Source of the DNA: a virus
DNA length: 64,000 nt
Virus record (IMG/VR): IMGVR_UViG_3300030419_005367
Location: 1-64,000 of that record
Reading direction: 5' to 3' (one strand)
In this document: one piece after another, positions 10,250 through 19,565 of the stretch
How positions within the stretch are numbered: the first letter of the stretch is position 1
Layout: the number at the start of each line of letters is the position of its first letter
The notes under the pieces: model-generated
Database searches by the model: none
The model's input: the letters and a program-made list of their open reading frames with translations, nothing else
Told to the model about the DNA's origin: nothing
Made by a program: the position numbers and the translations under genes

Positions 10250-10649
10250 AATAAGCCTATGTCTTTTTTTCTTGTGGCCTAAGCCAGATTTAATTCAGGA
10301 AACATACAAAAGAGGAAATAACTTAGGCACCCTCGCGAAAGTTCATCACTACGGTGCTGATAGCTTTTGTTCTGTTCAGGCCCGACCTCTATATTCGGGA
10401 GAATTGTCGGGACTCCCTCTCTATAAAATATTTGACCGTGAGTTGGCTGATTTGGTTGGTTTTGAGTTTCGAAGACTATACTATACACAAACTCCGCATA
10501 GTGTCTCCGGTTGCACCCCACCCGGTGCTTTTGAATGCGAGGCCCCTTTGAGCTATGACTATGAGGGATACTCCATTGTTATTACTGAAGAAGAAAAATT
10601 CTTATTTGAAATCTCGAAATACAGACCTCAGCAAACTATTTATTACTGA
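10233..10649 (+). CDS. hypothetical protein with hydrophobic N-terminus
   Basis: 138 aa ORF filling the gap between the lysis genes and the fibre gene. Confidence 0.45.
   Translation: MQLIIKISLCLFFLWPKPDLIQETYKRGNNLGTLAKVHHYGADSFCSVQARPLYSGELSGLPLYKIFDRELADLVGFEFRRLYYTQTPHSVSGCTPPGAFECEAPLSYDYEGYSIVITEEEKFLFEISKYRPQQTIYY
10635..10643 (+). promoter_or_regulatory. putative late promoter ACTATTTAT
   Basis: Motif 28 nt upstream of the tail fibre ATG. Confidence 0.55.
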
Positions 10650-10670
10650 CAAAATAGGGATTAAAAATGC

Positions 10671-13600
10671 ATGGCGAAAAAAGGATTCAGACCGGGCGTT
10701 GGCAATATCGCCACTTATACCGAGGGAAAACTTAAAGAGAAAATCAACCAGTATGCCCCCGCCGGCGGAAGTACCGACGTATCCAACCTCACAACCAAGA
10801 TATCCAGTTCGTACGATAGTCACAACAATTTAGCTGGAGATCTGGTTATTGAAAAGACACTAAACGTGTCTGGTAACTTTTCGACTGCCGGCAACATCTC
10901 TGGTTCTGGCAAAGGCTACTTTGAAAAAGATGTAGAGATAGCCGACAATCTTTTGGTTTCTGGTTCTGGAACTTTTGTTGGTAACTTGTCAAGTTCCGGA
11001 AAAGCTTATTTTGAAAAAGATGTAGAGATCGCTGATAATCTTTCGATCTCAGGTTCGGTTACCATCGGCGCAGATGCTGATGGCACCGACCGTACAATTA
11101 CATTTGGACATTCGACTCTAAAAACCACAATTGGTATCGACGACAGTGGAGATGTTTTCGCTATTAATACCGATAATGCATTTGAAGCCGCAAACGATTT
11201 ACAAATAGATGCAAGCGGACATGTTACATTAGGCAATGGTAATCTTGTCATCGGTGCCGATGCGGACGGAACGGATAGAACGATCACATTTGGGCACTCT
11301 ACTTTAAAATCAACAATCGGTATTGATGACAGCGGTGACGTCTTTGCTATTAACACTGACAACGCTTTTGAGGCAGCTAACGATCTGCAGATTGATACTA
11401 ACGGAAATGTTAGTTTAGGCAATGGCGGAATTAGCGTTGCTGGAAACATCTCAGGCTCAGGCAAAGGTTATTTTGAAAAGGACGTTGAGATAGCCGACAG
11501 TCTTTTGGTATCCGGATCATCTACAATCGTGGGTACCGCGAACGTTGGTAGAATCTCCGGCTCCACTGCCCAAAGCAGTGTGCTCCTTGGTGACCTTGTT
11601 ATCGGAGCAAAGGACGGCACCAATGCCGGCATTTATGTTTCAGGTTCTGCCAACATAGACAAGTCAGTTTATGCTTTAAAGTTCTCAGGCTCCTCAGCGA
11701 ACACTAGTACGCTTTTGGGAGACCTGATCCTAGGTTCTAAAGATGGGACCGCCGCAAACCTTGTTGTCTCCGGCGCTGCAACTATTGGTGGGGATCTCAC
11801 AGTCAACGGGACAACAACAACCGTCAACTCTACAACAGTGACAGTGGACGACCCAATCTTCACTCTTGGTGGCGACACAGCCCCCGGTTCAGATGATAAT
11901 AAAGATCGAGGTATTGAATTTCGCTGGCACAATGGGTCTACAGCAAAAGCTGGGTTCTTTGGTTTCGATGATTCCACCGGATATTTCACCTTTATTCCCG
12001 ACGCTTCAAATTCATCAGAGGTATTCTCAGGAACAAAAGGCACCGTTGATGTTGGAGGGCTTATCGCTTCCGGTATTATTTCTGGTTCTGGCAAAGCATA
12101 TTTTGAAAAGGACGTAGAGATCGCTGACAACTTGTTAGTCACCGGCTCCGCAACCGTTGGGTCTCTCGTCGCCAATGGCATTATTTCTGGTTCCGGAAAA
12201 GCATATTTTGAAAAAGATCTTGAGATCGCGGATAATCTCTTAGTTACAGGTTCAGTTACATCAAAGGGTAATGTCACAATTGGTGCTGATGCTGATGGCA
12301 CAGACAGAATGATTACTTTTGGACACTCAACTCTTAAGTCTGTAATTGGTATTGATGATAGCGGCGACGTGTTTGCTATCAACACAGACAATGCCTTTGA
12401 AGCAGCCAACGATTTACAGATAGATGCCAATGGACACGTCACCCTAGGCAACGGCAACCTTATTGTTGGTGCAGACGCAGACGGAACAGATAGGACAATT
12501 ACTTTTGGCCACTCTACATTAAAGTCTGTTATCGGTATTGACGATAGCAGCGACGTCTTCGCAATCAACACAGATGATGCTTTTGAGAGCGGCAACGATT
12601 TTGAGATTGATACTGCCGGAAATACAACGATCAGTCACGGACGTCTGCAAGTTTTAGGAACTGAAGGTGTGATGAGCACTCGGATCTCTGGCTCAGGCAA
12701 AGGTTATTTTGAAAAGGACGTTGAGATGGCTGACAATCTAAAAGTCACAGGCTCTGCAACAGTCGGATCTCTTGTAGCTAACGGGGTCATCTCTGGTTCT
12801 GGTAAAGCGTACTTCGAGAAAGATGTTGAGATAGCTGACAATCTAAAAGTCACCGGATCTGCAACAATCGGATCCGCAGCCACCAATACGTTTACAATTA
12901 ATAGCGCAGGTCGTGTTTCTGGATCCGCCGGAGCTATTTTTGAAGGAGACATCGTTACAGCAGATAATCTTGCTGCCACGGGGTCTGTGACTGCGGCATC
13001 GGCTATTATTGCCGGCAACATATCTGGTTCAGGAAAGGGTTACTTTGAAAAAGATGTCGAGATAGCTGATAACCTCCTAGTTTCAGGTTCACTCACTGTT
13101 GGAGCAGATGCTGACGGCACCGACAGGACAATTACTTTCGGTCATTCTACCTTAAAAACCACAGTTGGAATTGATGATAGCGGTGACGTATTTGCTATTA
13201 ATACGGACGATGCTTTCGAGGCTGCAAATGACTTACAGATTGATGCTAACGGGCACGTAACGCTGGGCAATGGTAATCTTATTATTGGTGCCGACGCTGA
13301 CGGTGCAGATAGAACAATCACGTTTGGACACTCTACTTTAAAATCAACAATCGGTATTGACGACAGCGGAGATGTTTTCGCTATTAATACCGATAACGCA
13401 TTTGAAGCTGCAAATGACTTACAGATTGATGCAAATGGAAATGTGTCCCTAGGTAACGGCAACTTGTCTATTGGTGCAGACGCCGATGGAACTGACAGGA
13501 TGATTACATTTGGACATTCGACTCTCAAATCTGTTATTGGAATCGATGATAGTTCTGACGTCTTTGCTATTAATACGGACGATGCTTTTGAAAGCGGCAA

Positions 13601-15299
13601 CGATTTTGAGATTGATACTGCTGGGAATACAACAGTTAGTCACGGACGTCTGCAAGTTTTAGGAACTGAGGGCGTAATGAGTACTCGTATCTCTGGTTCT
13701 GGCAAAGGCTACTTTGAAAAAGATGTTGAAATAGCAGACAATCTCTATGTTACTGGTAATGTTGGTGTGGGTACAAACAATCCATCATCGCCGCTTCATG
13801 TCAAGTCGACATCACTAGGTGTGTCCGTTATTATTGATGCCGGTAACAACGGATCAGGAACAAACTATGATGCCGCCCTAGCCCTAGCATCGAACGGGAC
13901 AACATATTGGCAAGTAATGAATGATGCTCAAAATGGATCGGCCAACAGGTTTTTGATTAGAGATGCAGCCAGTCCAACTAGAATACCAGTTATTATAGAA
14001 CAAAATGCATCAGAAGAATCAATTGTGCTTAAATCAACTGGCCTTCTTTCAAGTTCTGTCGGTGCCGTCTTTGCAAACGACGTTATTGTCGGAAAGGCGG
14101 ATGGGGGAGACAATGCAAATTTAATTGTCTCCGGAAGCTTGAGCGTAGGCACAACCAGTACCTTATCTGCTTCAATCAATACTAATGGAAATATTAGAGA
14201 TGTTAAATATTCAAATGGCTCAGGCGCAAGATCTTCTTTAAGGTTGGCAAAAGCAAGAGGGTCTGAAGCTTCTCCTGCGGCTGTGACAAACGCGCATTCG
14301 GTTGGCCAAGTTGAGTTTTCAGCTTATGATGGCGCGAATTATGTTGAGTGTGCTAGCATTGTGGCTAAAATTTCTGGAACCCCCGGGTCCGATGATATGC
14401 CGGGAGCTTTGCATTTTGCAACAACAGCAGACGGAGCTAAAGAAGTTAGTGACAGAATGGTTATTACAGAGGCCGGGAATCTGTACGTAAGTGGAAATGT
14501 AAAAGTTCCGGACGACAAAAAACTTTATTTTGGAACAAATAACGATGCCTATATCGAATATGAAGAAGGCAATCAGGACTTTTTAGTTATTTCAGGTTCA
14601 GACGCAGGAATGGTTCTTTCTGGCTCAACAGTTCAGATCAGGGGAACGCTTGAAGGTGCGTCCCCTCTTAAGATTGCTGGTGGTATTGAGATCGTTCCAA
14701 AATCGAATGGTGAAAGCACATCGATGAAATTTGGTGATAACATAAGAACCACTTGGGGTGATGACGACGATGTGGGAATTCAGTTTAAAGACGGAACACT
14801 TAATTTTATGGAGATCTCGGGCTCATCAAAAGGAATTGTGATGTCGGGCTCTTTTGTCTCTATTGACGGTTATCTAGGAGTAGGCGTCCGCGCAGAGAAT
14901 GGCGCAATTACCCATGGGGTCACCTTACCAAACAATTCCGGCGTTGCCGGCAAGGTAAAGGCTAACTCATATACAACATATTCCTCAGCCCGCTATAAGG
15001 ACAATATTCAGCCTATTCAGAATGCCCTAGACACTCTTTCCAGCATAGAGGGCGTCACTTATCGTTGGAAGAACAATGACTTAGAGGATGTTGGGTTTGT
15101 TGCAGAGGACGTTGGAAAGGTTTTACCTCAAATTGTAGAATGGGAGTCCGATGGAGTTAACGCTCAGTCGATGGATTATACTCGAATCACTCCAGTTTTA
15201 GTCGAAGCTGTAAAAGAACAACAGGTTCAAATAAAAAAACAAAAAAAATTAATAGAGCAACTTTTTGAAAAGATTGAGAAACTCAAAAAAGACTCTTAA
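10671..15299 (+). CDS. long tail fibre/spike with C-terminal intramolecular chaperone (peptidase S74) domain
   Basis: Gly/Ser/Thr-rich beta repeats; GNVGVGT motif; C-terminal YSSARYKDNI...GFVAEDV...MDYTRITPVLVEAVKEQ. Confidence 0.85.
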   Translation: MAKKGFRPGVGNIATYTEGKLKEKINQYAPAGGSTDVSNLTTKISSSYDSHNNLAGDLVIEKTLNVSGNFSTAGNISGSGKGYFEKDVEIADNLLVSGSGTFVGNLSSSGKAYFEKDVEIADNLSISGSVTIGADADGTDRTITFGHSTLKTTIGIDDSGDVFAINTDNAFEAANDLQIDASGHVTLGNGNLVIGADADGTDRTITFGHSTLKSTIGIDDSGDVFAINTDNAFEAANDLQIDTNGNVSLGNGGISVAGNISGSGKGYFEKDVEIADSLLVSGSSTIVGTANVGRISGSTAQSSVLLGDLVIGAKDGTNAGIYVSGSANIDKSVYALKFSGSSANTSTLLGDLILGSKDGTAANLVVSGAATIGGDLTVNGTTTTVNSTTVTVDDPIFTLGGDTAPGSDDNKDRGIEFRWHNGSTAKAGFFGFDDSTGYFTFIPDASNSSEVFSGTKGTVDVGGLIASGIISGSGKAYFEKDVEIADNLLVTGSATVGSLVANGIISGSGKAYFEKDLEIADNLLVTGSVTSKGNVTIGADADGTDRMITFGHSTLKSVIGIDDSGDVFAINTDNAFEAANDLQIDANGHVTLGNGNLIVGADADGTDRTITFGHSTLKSVIGIDDSSDVFAINTDDAFESGNDFEIDTAGNTTISHGRLQVLGTEGVMSTRISGSGKGYFEKDVEMADNLKVTGSATVGSLVANGVISGSGKAYFEKDVEIADNLKVTGSATIGSAATNTFTINSAGRVSGSAGAIFEGDIVTADNLAATGSVTAASAIIAGNISGSGKGYFEKDVEIADNLLVSGSLTVGADADGTDRTITFGHSTLKTTVGIDDSGDVFAINTDDAFEAANDLQIDANGHVTLGNGNLIIGADADGADRTITFGHSTLKSTIGIDDSGDVFAINTDNAFEAANDLQIDANGNVSLGNGNLSIGADADGTDRMITFGHSTLKSVIGIDDSSDVFAINTDDAFESGNDFEIDTAGNTTVSHGRLQVLGTEGVMSTRISGSGKGYFEKDVEIADNLYVTGNVGVGTNNPSSPLHVKSTSLGVSVIIDAGNNGSGTNYDAALALASNGTTYWQVMNDAQNGSANRFLIRDAASPTRIPVIIEQNASEESIVLKSTGLLSSSVGAVFANDVIVGKADGGDNANLIVSGSLSVGTTSTLSASINTNGNIRDVKYSNGSGARSSLRLAKARGSEASPAAVTNAHSVGQVEFSAYDGANYVECASIVAKISGTPGSDDMPGALHFATTADGAKEVSDRMVITEAGNLYVSGNVKVPDDKKLYFGTNNDAYIEYEEGNQDFLVISGSDAGMVLSGSTVQIRGTLEGASPLKIAGGIEIVPKSNGESTSMKFGDNIRTTWGDDDDVGIQFKDGTLNFMEISGSSKGIVMSGSFVSIDGYLGVGVRAENGAITHGVTLPNNSGVAGKVKANSYTTYSSARYKDNIQPIQNALDTLSSIEGVTYRWKNNDLEDVGFVAEDVGKVLPQIVEWESDGVNAQSMDYTRITPVLVEAVKEQQVQIKKQKKLIEQLFEKIEKLKKDS
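10895..13760 (+). repeat. intragenic coding repeats of tail fibre 1
   Basis: Nine copies plus one degenerate copy of SGKxYFEKDxExADxLxxxG, and seven copies of the ~62 aa GADADGTDRTITFGHSTLK...NDLQID module. Confidence 0.9.
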
Positions 15300-15336
15300 G
15301 AGCCTCTTTTAGCCGTATAAAAATGCCGTCCTTTTT

Positions 15337-15345
15337 ACTATTTAT
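15337..15345 (+). promoter_or_regulatory. putative late promoter ACTATTTAT
   Basis: Intergenic motif preceding the structured leader and fibre 2. Confidence 0.6.
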
Positions 15346-15352
15346 CTTTAGT

Positions 15353-15416
15353 CGGGGGGCATTCAGTTTAATCCAAGAATAACATGTTTATTCCGGGTTA
15401 GATTGGTGCGCCTCCG
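15353..15416 (+). promoter_or_regulatory. long 5'-leader RNA hairpin
   Basis: About 27 bp imperfect stem with five G-U pairs, starting 7 nt after the late promoter motif. Confidence 0.65.
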
Positions 15417-15447
15417 CACATAATTAGACAAAAAGGAGAAATTAATT

Positions 15448-18400
15448 ATGGCAACAGGGGATCCTACCGTACATTCATCTTACGGTACTTATATTAACCT
15501 ACAAGACCTCTCATCTTCCGCTCAAGCAATTGGTGCTGGTTCAGGTGAGTTAGGTGTTATTTTCTTATCTGCGAGTGTTTTGCACTTAGGTCAGACTGGT
15601 TCCGCCGCAGGCGTAACCGTTGCTGCCCGCAACTTATCACTTCCAGATCACGATGGCTCAGCTATCGGACTTAAACTTGGTGGCACGCTCGTTACGGCGA
15701 CTGCTGCTGAGTTGAATAAACTTGATAACTGCACAGCTACTACAGCAGAACTCAACTACGTTGACGTTACTGCCGGTACAGCAGCAGCTAGCAAGGCAGT
15801 TGTTCTTGACGCAAGCAAGAACATTGCAACTATTGGTACAATTGGTTGTGGTGCTATCACATCCACTGGTAACTCGTCTTTCGCACAGGTTACCACTTCT
15901 GGCCGTGTTATCGTTGATGACTCAACAGAAGCTACCTCTACAACAGACGGCTCACTTCAAACCGATGGTGGTTTGAGTGTTGCAAAGAGCGCGGTTGTCG
16001 GTGACGACCTCGACCTCTTGTCTGACTCCTGCGTCGTTAACTTCGGTGCAGACAAAGACATCACCCTTACACATACAGCCGATACTGGTTTAACTATGGC
16101 TGGTGCCCATGCAAATGGTACTAACCTTAAACTTAACAATACTGCTGCTGACGGCGACTGCCGTGTTGAGCTACAACTTGATGGCACAACTGTTTGGTCC
16201 ATGGGTGTAGAAGATGGCGATAGCGACAAGTTCGTAATCGAAGACGGCGCTGGCGCGCTCGGTGCAGATCCTGCATTCGAGATTGCTGCTGACAAGTCGG
16301 CTAAATTCTTCGGCACATTGGAGGCTACAACCTCCTTCACAATCGGTAATGCCGCTCTTACAGAGGCTGAGCTTGAGATGCTTGATGGCATCACAGCCGG
16401 TACAGTTGCTGCTTCTAAAGCAGTTGTTGTTGACGCTAACAAAGACGCTGCTTCTTTCCGTAACCTCACTGCTACAGGCGCTGTTACTGCTGGTAGTTTC
16501 GTAATTGGCTCCGCTGACATCAGCGAAGCTGAGCTTGAGACTATTGACGGTGTTACTGCTGGTACAGTTGCTGCTTCTAAAGCAGTTGTTGTTGATAGCA
16601 ACAAAGACATTGCTTCTTTCCGCCACCTCACCGCTGCAGGTGCAATTACTGCTGGTACTTCGTTCATCATCGGTTCTGCCGATCTTAACGAGGCCGACAT
16701 GGAGAAGCTCGATGGTATCACTGACGGTACTGGTGCTGCAAACAAGGCTCTCGTCCTCGACGCTAGCCGCAACGTTGGCAACATCAACATGCTTACCGCT
16801 TCTTACGCTCGTATTGGCGAGCTTGACGTTGACTTGATCAACACAATTAACAAGACCGAGACTACTCTCGAAATCCTTGACAAACTTATTGTTGTTGCTT
16901 CCGGTTCCAACGCTGCTAACTCTGACGCTGCTGGACTTCAGTTCGGTTCTATTCAGGGAACAGACAACGTTGCTTCTATTCTTTATGATAACGGCAACTC
17001 CGCCATCGATTTCAACATCGGTGGTACAACAGAGGTTCGTCTTGCTGACGGTGTATTCCGTCCTGAGACTGACAACGACGTTGACCTTGGTGCTTCTGGC
17101 GCTGAGTTCAAGGATGGTTACTTTGATGGTACTGTTTACGTTGACTCGCTTCAGGCAGATCAACTTGGCGCTGCTCTTGACGCCAATAGTCAAGCAATCA
17201 CAAACATCAACGTAGACTCCGGTGCTATTGATAATGCTGTAATCGGTGCTAACACTGCTGCAGCAGGTACATTCACCGCACTTGTTGGTACAAGTCTTAG
17301 CGTTTCTGATGGTAGCATCACAAACGTAAATGACATTGCTCTCGACACTATCTCGGCTGACAATGGTACTAGCTTCTCCATGGGAAGCAACTGGACAAAT
17401 GCTAGCCGCACTGTAGCTGACTTGGGTACAGTAACAACTGTTGACATCAACGGTGGTACTATGGACGGTGTAGTTATTGGTGCAGCTTCTGCTGCTGCCG
17501 GTACGTTTGCCGCTCTCAACGCTTCCACTGGTACTTTCAGTGGTGTTCTCAAATCTGACGACACTACTGAGGCTACTTCTACAACAGACGGTTCACTTCA
17601 AACTGATGGTGGTTTGTCTGTAGCAAAGTCCGCTGTTATCGGTGATGATCTTGACCTCTTGTCCGACTCCGCAATTCTTAATTTCGGTGCAGACAAAGAT
17701 GTTACTTTGACTCACGTACACAACACTGGTCTCTTGATGAACAGTGACAACCAACTTCAGTTTGGTGATAGCGCTACTTACATCCAACAGTCTTCTGACG
17801 GCATCTTAAAGATGGCTGCTGACTCTTCGATGTTGTTGGACGCTCCAGATGTTCTCATCTCTAGCTCCACAAGCGACAAGCCACAACTTGAGCTTCGTTG
17901 CACAAACGCCGATGCAAATCCGGGTACACTTCTCTTCGCTCACAACTCCGCTAGCCCTGCTGCAGACGACGAGCTTGGTGAGATTGTATTCAACGGTGAC
18001 GACGATGGTGGTTCTTCCACTATGTTCGCTAAGATGGTAGTTTCCTCCACTGACGTTTCTAACGGTTCAGAGGACGGCGAAGTTGCTTTCAAGATCCGTT
18101 GCGCAGGCGCAATCAAAGAGATTTCCATGGGTGGTGGCGCTGGCCTCACACTTCCAAACGACAGCACCTACGGTGTTGTTAAGGCTCACTCTTTGGTAAC
18201 CTACTCGGACGAGACTCTTAAAACTAATATCCAACCTCTTGACTCTGCTCTTGACAAGGTAACTAAGTTGCAAGGTGTTTCTTACGACTGGAAGTCTGAC
18301 GGTTCCGCAGACGTTGGTTTTATCGCTCAAGACGTACAAAACGTTGTTCCACAGATTGTCTACGGCAATCAGGACGGCGAGTTCGCTCTTGACTACTCTA

Positions 18401-18480
18401 AGCTTACTTCGATTCTTGTCGAAGCTGTGAAAGAGCAACAAGCACAAATCAACGATCTTAAGGCCAAATTGGACAAGTAA
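15448..18480 (+). CDS. second fibre protein with C-terminal peptidase S74 chaperone domain
   Basis: AELExxDGxTAGTVAASKAVVVD repeats; C-terminal YSDETLKTNI...GFIAQDV...LDYSKLTSILVEAVKEQ; SD AGGAG. Confidence 0.85.
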   Translation: MATGDPTVHSSYGTYINLQDLSSSAQAIGAGSGELGVIFLSASVLHLGQTGSAAGVTVAARNLSLPDHDGSAIGLKLGGTLVTATAAELNKLDNCTATTAELNYVDVTAGTAAASKAVVLDASKNIATIGTIGCGAITSTGNSSFAQVTTSGRVIVDDSTEATSTTDGSLQTDGGLSVAKSAVVGDDLDLLSDSCVVNFGADKDITLTHTADTGLTMAGAHANGTNLKLNNTAADGDCRVELQLDGTTVWSMGVEDGDSDKFVIEDGAGALGADPAFEIAADKSAKFFGTLEATTSFTIGNAALTEAELEMLDGITAGTVAASKAVVVDANKDAASFRNLTATGAVTAGSFVIGSADISEAELETIDGVTAGTVAASKAVVVDSNKDIASFRHLTAAGAITAGTSFIIGSADLNEADMEKLDGITDGTGAANKALVLDASRNVGNINMLTASYARIGELDVDLINTINKTETTLEILDKLIVVASGSNAANSDAAGLQFGSIQGTDNVASILYDNGNSAIDFNIGGTTEVRLADGVFRPETDNDVDLGASGAEFKDGYFDGTVYVDSLQADQLGAALDANSQAITNINVDSGAIDNAVIGANTAAAGTFTALVGTSLSVSDGSITNVNDIALDTISADNGTSFSMGSNWTNASRTVADLGTVTTVDINGGTMDGVVIGAASAAAGTFAALNASTGTFSGVLKSDDTTEATSTTDGSLQTDGGLSVAKSAVIGDDLDLLSDSAILNFGADKDVTLTHVHNTGLLMNSDNQLQFGDSATYIQQSSDGILKMAADSSMLLDAPDVLISSSTSDKPQLELRCTNADANPGTLLFAHNSASPAADDELGEIVFNGDDDGGSSTMFAKMVVSSTDVSNGSEDGEVAFKIRCAGAIKEISMGGGAGLTLPNDSTYGVVKAHSLVTYSDETLKTNIQPLDSALDKVTKLQGVSYDWKSDGSADVGFIAQDVQNVVPQIVYGNQDGEFALDYSKLTSILVEAVKEQQAQINDLKAKLDK

Positions 18481-18522
18481 GATTGTTTTATAATAGTCGT
18501 TTAGTTTCGACTAATCGATAAG

Positions 18523-18567
18523 AGATGCCCCGTTCAGGTTTCGACTTGGGCGGGGCATCTTGCTTTT
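18523..18567 (+). terminator. Rho-independent terminator
   Basis: 17 bp stem AGATGCCCCGTTCAGGT / TTCG loop / ACTTGGGCGGGGCATCT, followed by TGCTTTT. Confidence 0.75.
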
Positions 18568-18602
18568 AACAAAATCGTGACTATACTATATAATAATATA
18601 CA

Positions 18603-19007
18603 ATGAAGAAACACGACGACCCAAACTATGTTGCAAAGGTTGAAAAAGCCATTGCACAAAAATACGGCAAGGAAGCGATTCAACATCCGCGCTCCGACTG
18701 GTCGGACGAAAAAGAGAAAGATTATTTAGAGCAACTCAAGAAGCTGGCCGAGAAGGAAGCAAAGAGCGCCGATAAAACTGAAAAGGTTGAGAAGTCCGGG
18801 TTTTTAATCAGTAAAAAACTACTTAATAAAAGAAGTGAGAGGGACTGTCCTGTTTGTGGAGTTTACTCTTTCAAAAGTAAAGATGATCTTTATATGAACA
18901 AGTACGAATGTTGTTGGGAATGCTACATTCAATATGTTGATGGTAGAGAAGAGAGATGGAAAACTGGCTGGAGACCAAATAATGAAAATCACAAAAGCGA
19001 GACTTAA
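18603..19007 (+). CDS. hypothetical protein with zinc-finger-like Cys cluster
   Basis: CPVC...CCWEC motifs. Confidence 0.65.
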   Translation: MKKHDDPNYVAKVEKAIAQKYGKEAIQHPRSDWSDEKEKDYLEQLKKLAEKEAKSADKTEKVEKSGFLISKKLLNKRSERDCPVCGVYSFKSKDDLYMNKYECCWECYIQYVDGREERWKTGWRPNNENHKSET

Positions 19008-19506
19008 AGAACTTATTACAGAAGAAGTTAGATCAATTCAAGGACAAGACCTTTCTAATGAGTCTGCCTATGCTGATATTTTGAACCATATTGTGCCGAT
19101 CATTCGTCAGGCCCTAGGGCCAGATGCTAATCTTTATAAGGTTTTGACTGGTATGGCCGAAATGTATGCCAGAGAAGAGTGGAGTCCTGATTCCCTTAAT
19201 GAAGATGGGCACGTTGATGTATCCTCTGCCCGCAGAAAACTAAAGACATCTATTGAGGATGCAATGCAGATTTTACAAGCTCTAGAGGCGATGCCAGAGG
19301 AGGGTGACCTACCTAGCTGGTGGATGAGTAAGCTTACGCTTTCAGCAGACTATCTAAATAAAACAAGAGATTATTTGCTGATCCAAGAGGGCAAGGAAAA
19401 TGAAAACAACCCATGGGCTATTTGCACAGCTTCAGTCGGAAGAGAAGACGAAGACAAGTATGAGAGTTGTGTGAAGAGTGTTAAGAAACAAAACAAGAAG
19501 AAATAA
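18982..19506 (+). CDS. putative head internal protein
   Basis: Start reassigned to ATG 18982 (SD GGAGA); N-terminus MKITKARLKELITEEV. Confidence 0.55.
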   Translation: MKITKARLKELITEEVRSIQGQDLSNESAYADILNHIVPIIRQALGPDANLYKVLTGMAEMYAREEWSPDSLNEDGHVDVSSARRKLKTSIEDAMQILQALEAMPEEGDLPSWWMSKLTLSADYLNKTRDYLLIQEGKENENNPWAICTASVGREDEDKYESCVKSVKKQNKKK

Positions 19507-19530
19507 ACTTAGTGTTTGCGAAAGCACAAA

Positions 19531-19539
19531 ACTATTTAT
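19531..19539 (+). promoter_or_regulatory. putative late promoter ACTATTTAT
   Basis: Intergenic, 26 nt before ATG 19566. Confidence 0.6.
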
Positions 19540-19565
19540 TAGGCAACATTTCTAGGAGAATTTAA

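Noticed and set aside
10895-13760. CRISPR array or non-coding tandem repeat
   Set aside because: Repeats are in-frame protein modules with synonymous variation, not identical repeats with unique spacers.
11006-17564. Long minus-strand ORFs over the fibre genes (e.g. 11669..12595, 15957..16790, 16171..17193)
   Set aside because: They are shadows of biased codon usage and repeats on the coding strand; they have no SD, no recognisable motifs and no minus-strand promoter context.
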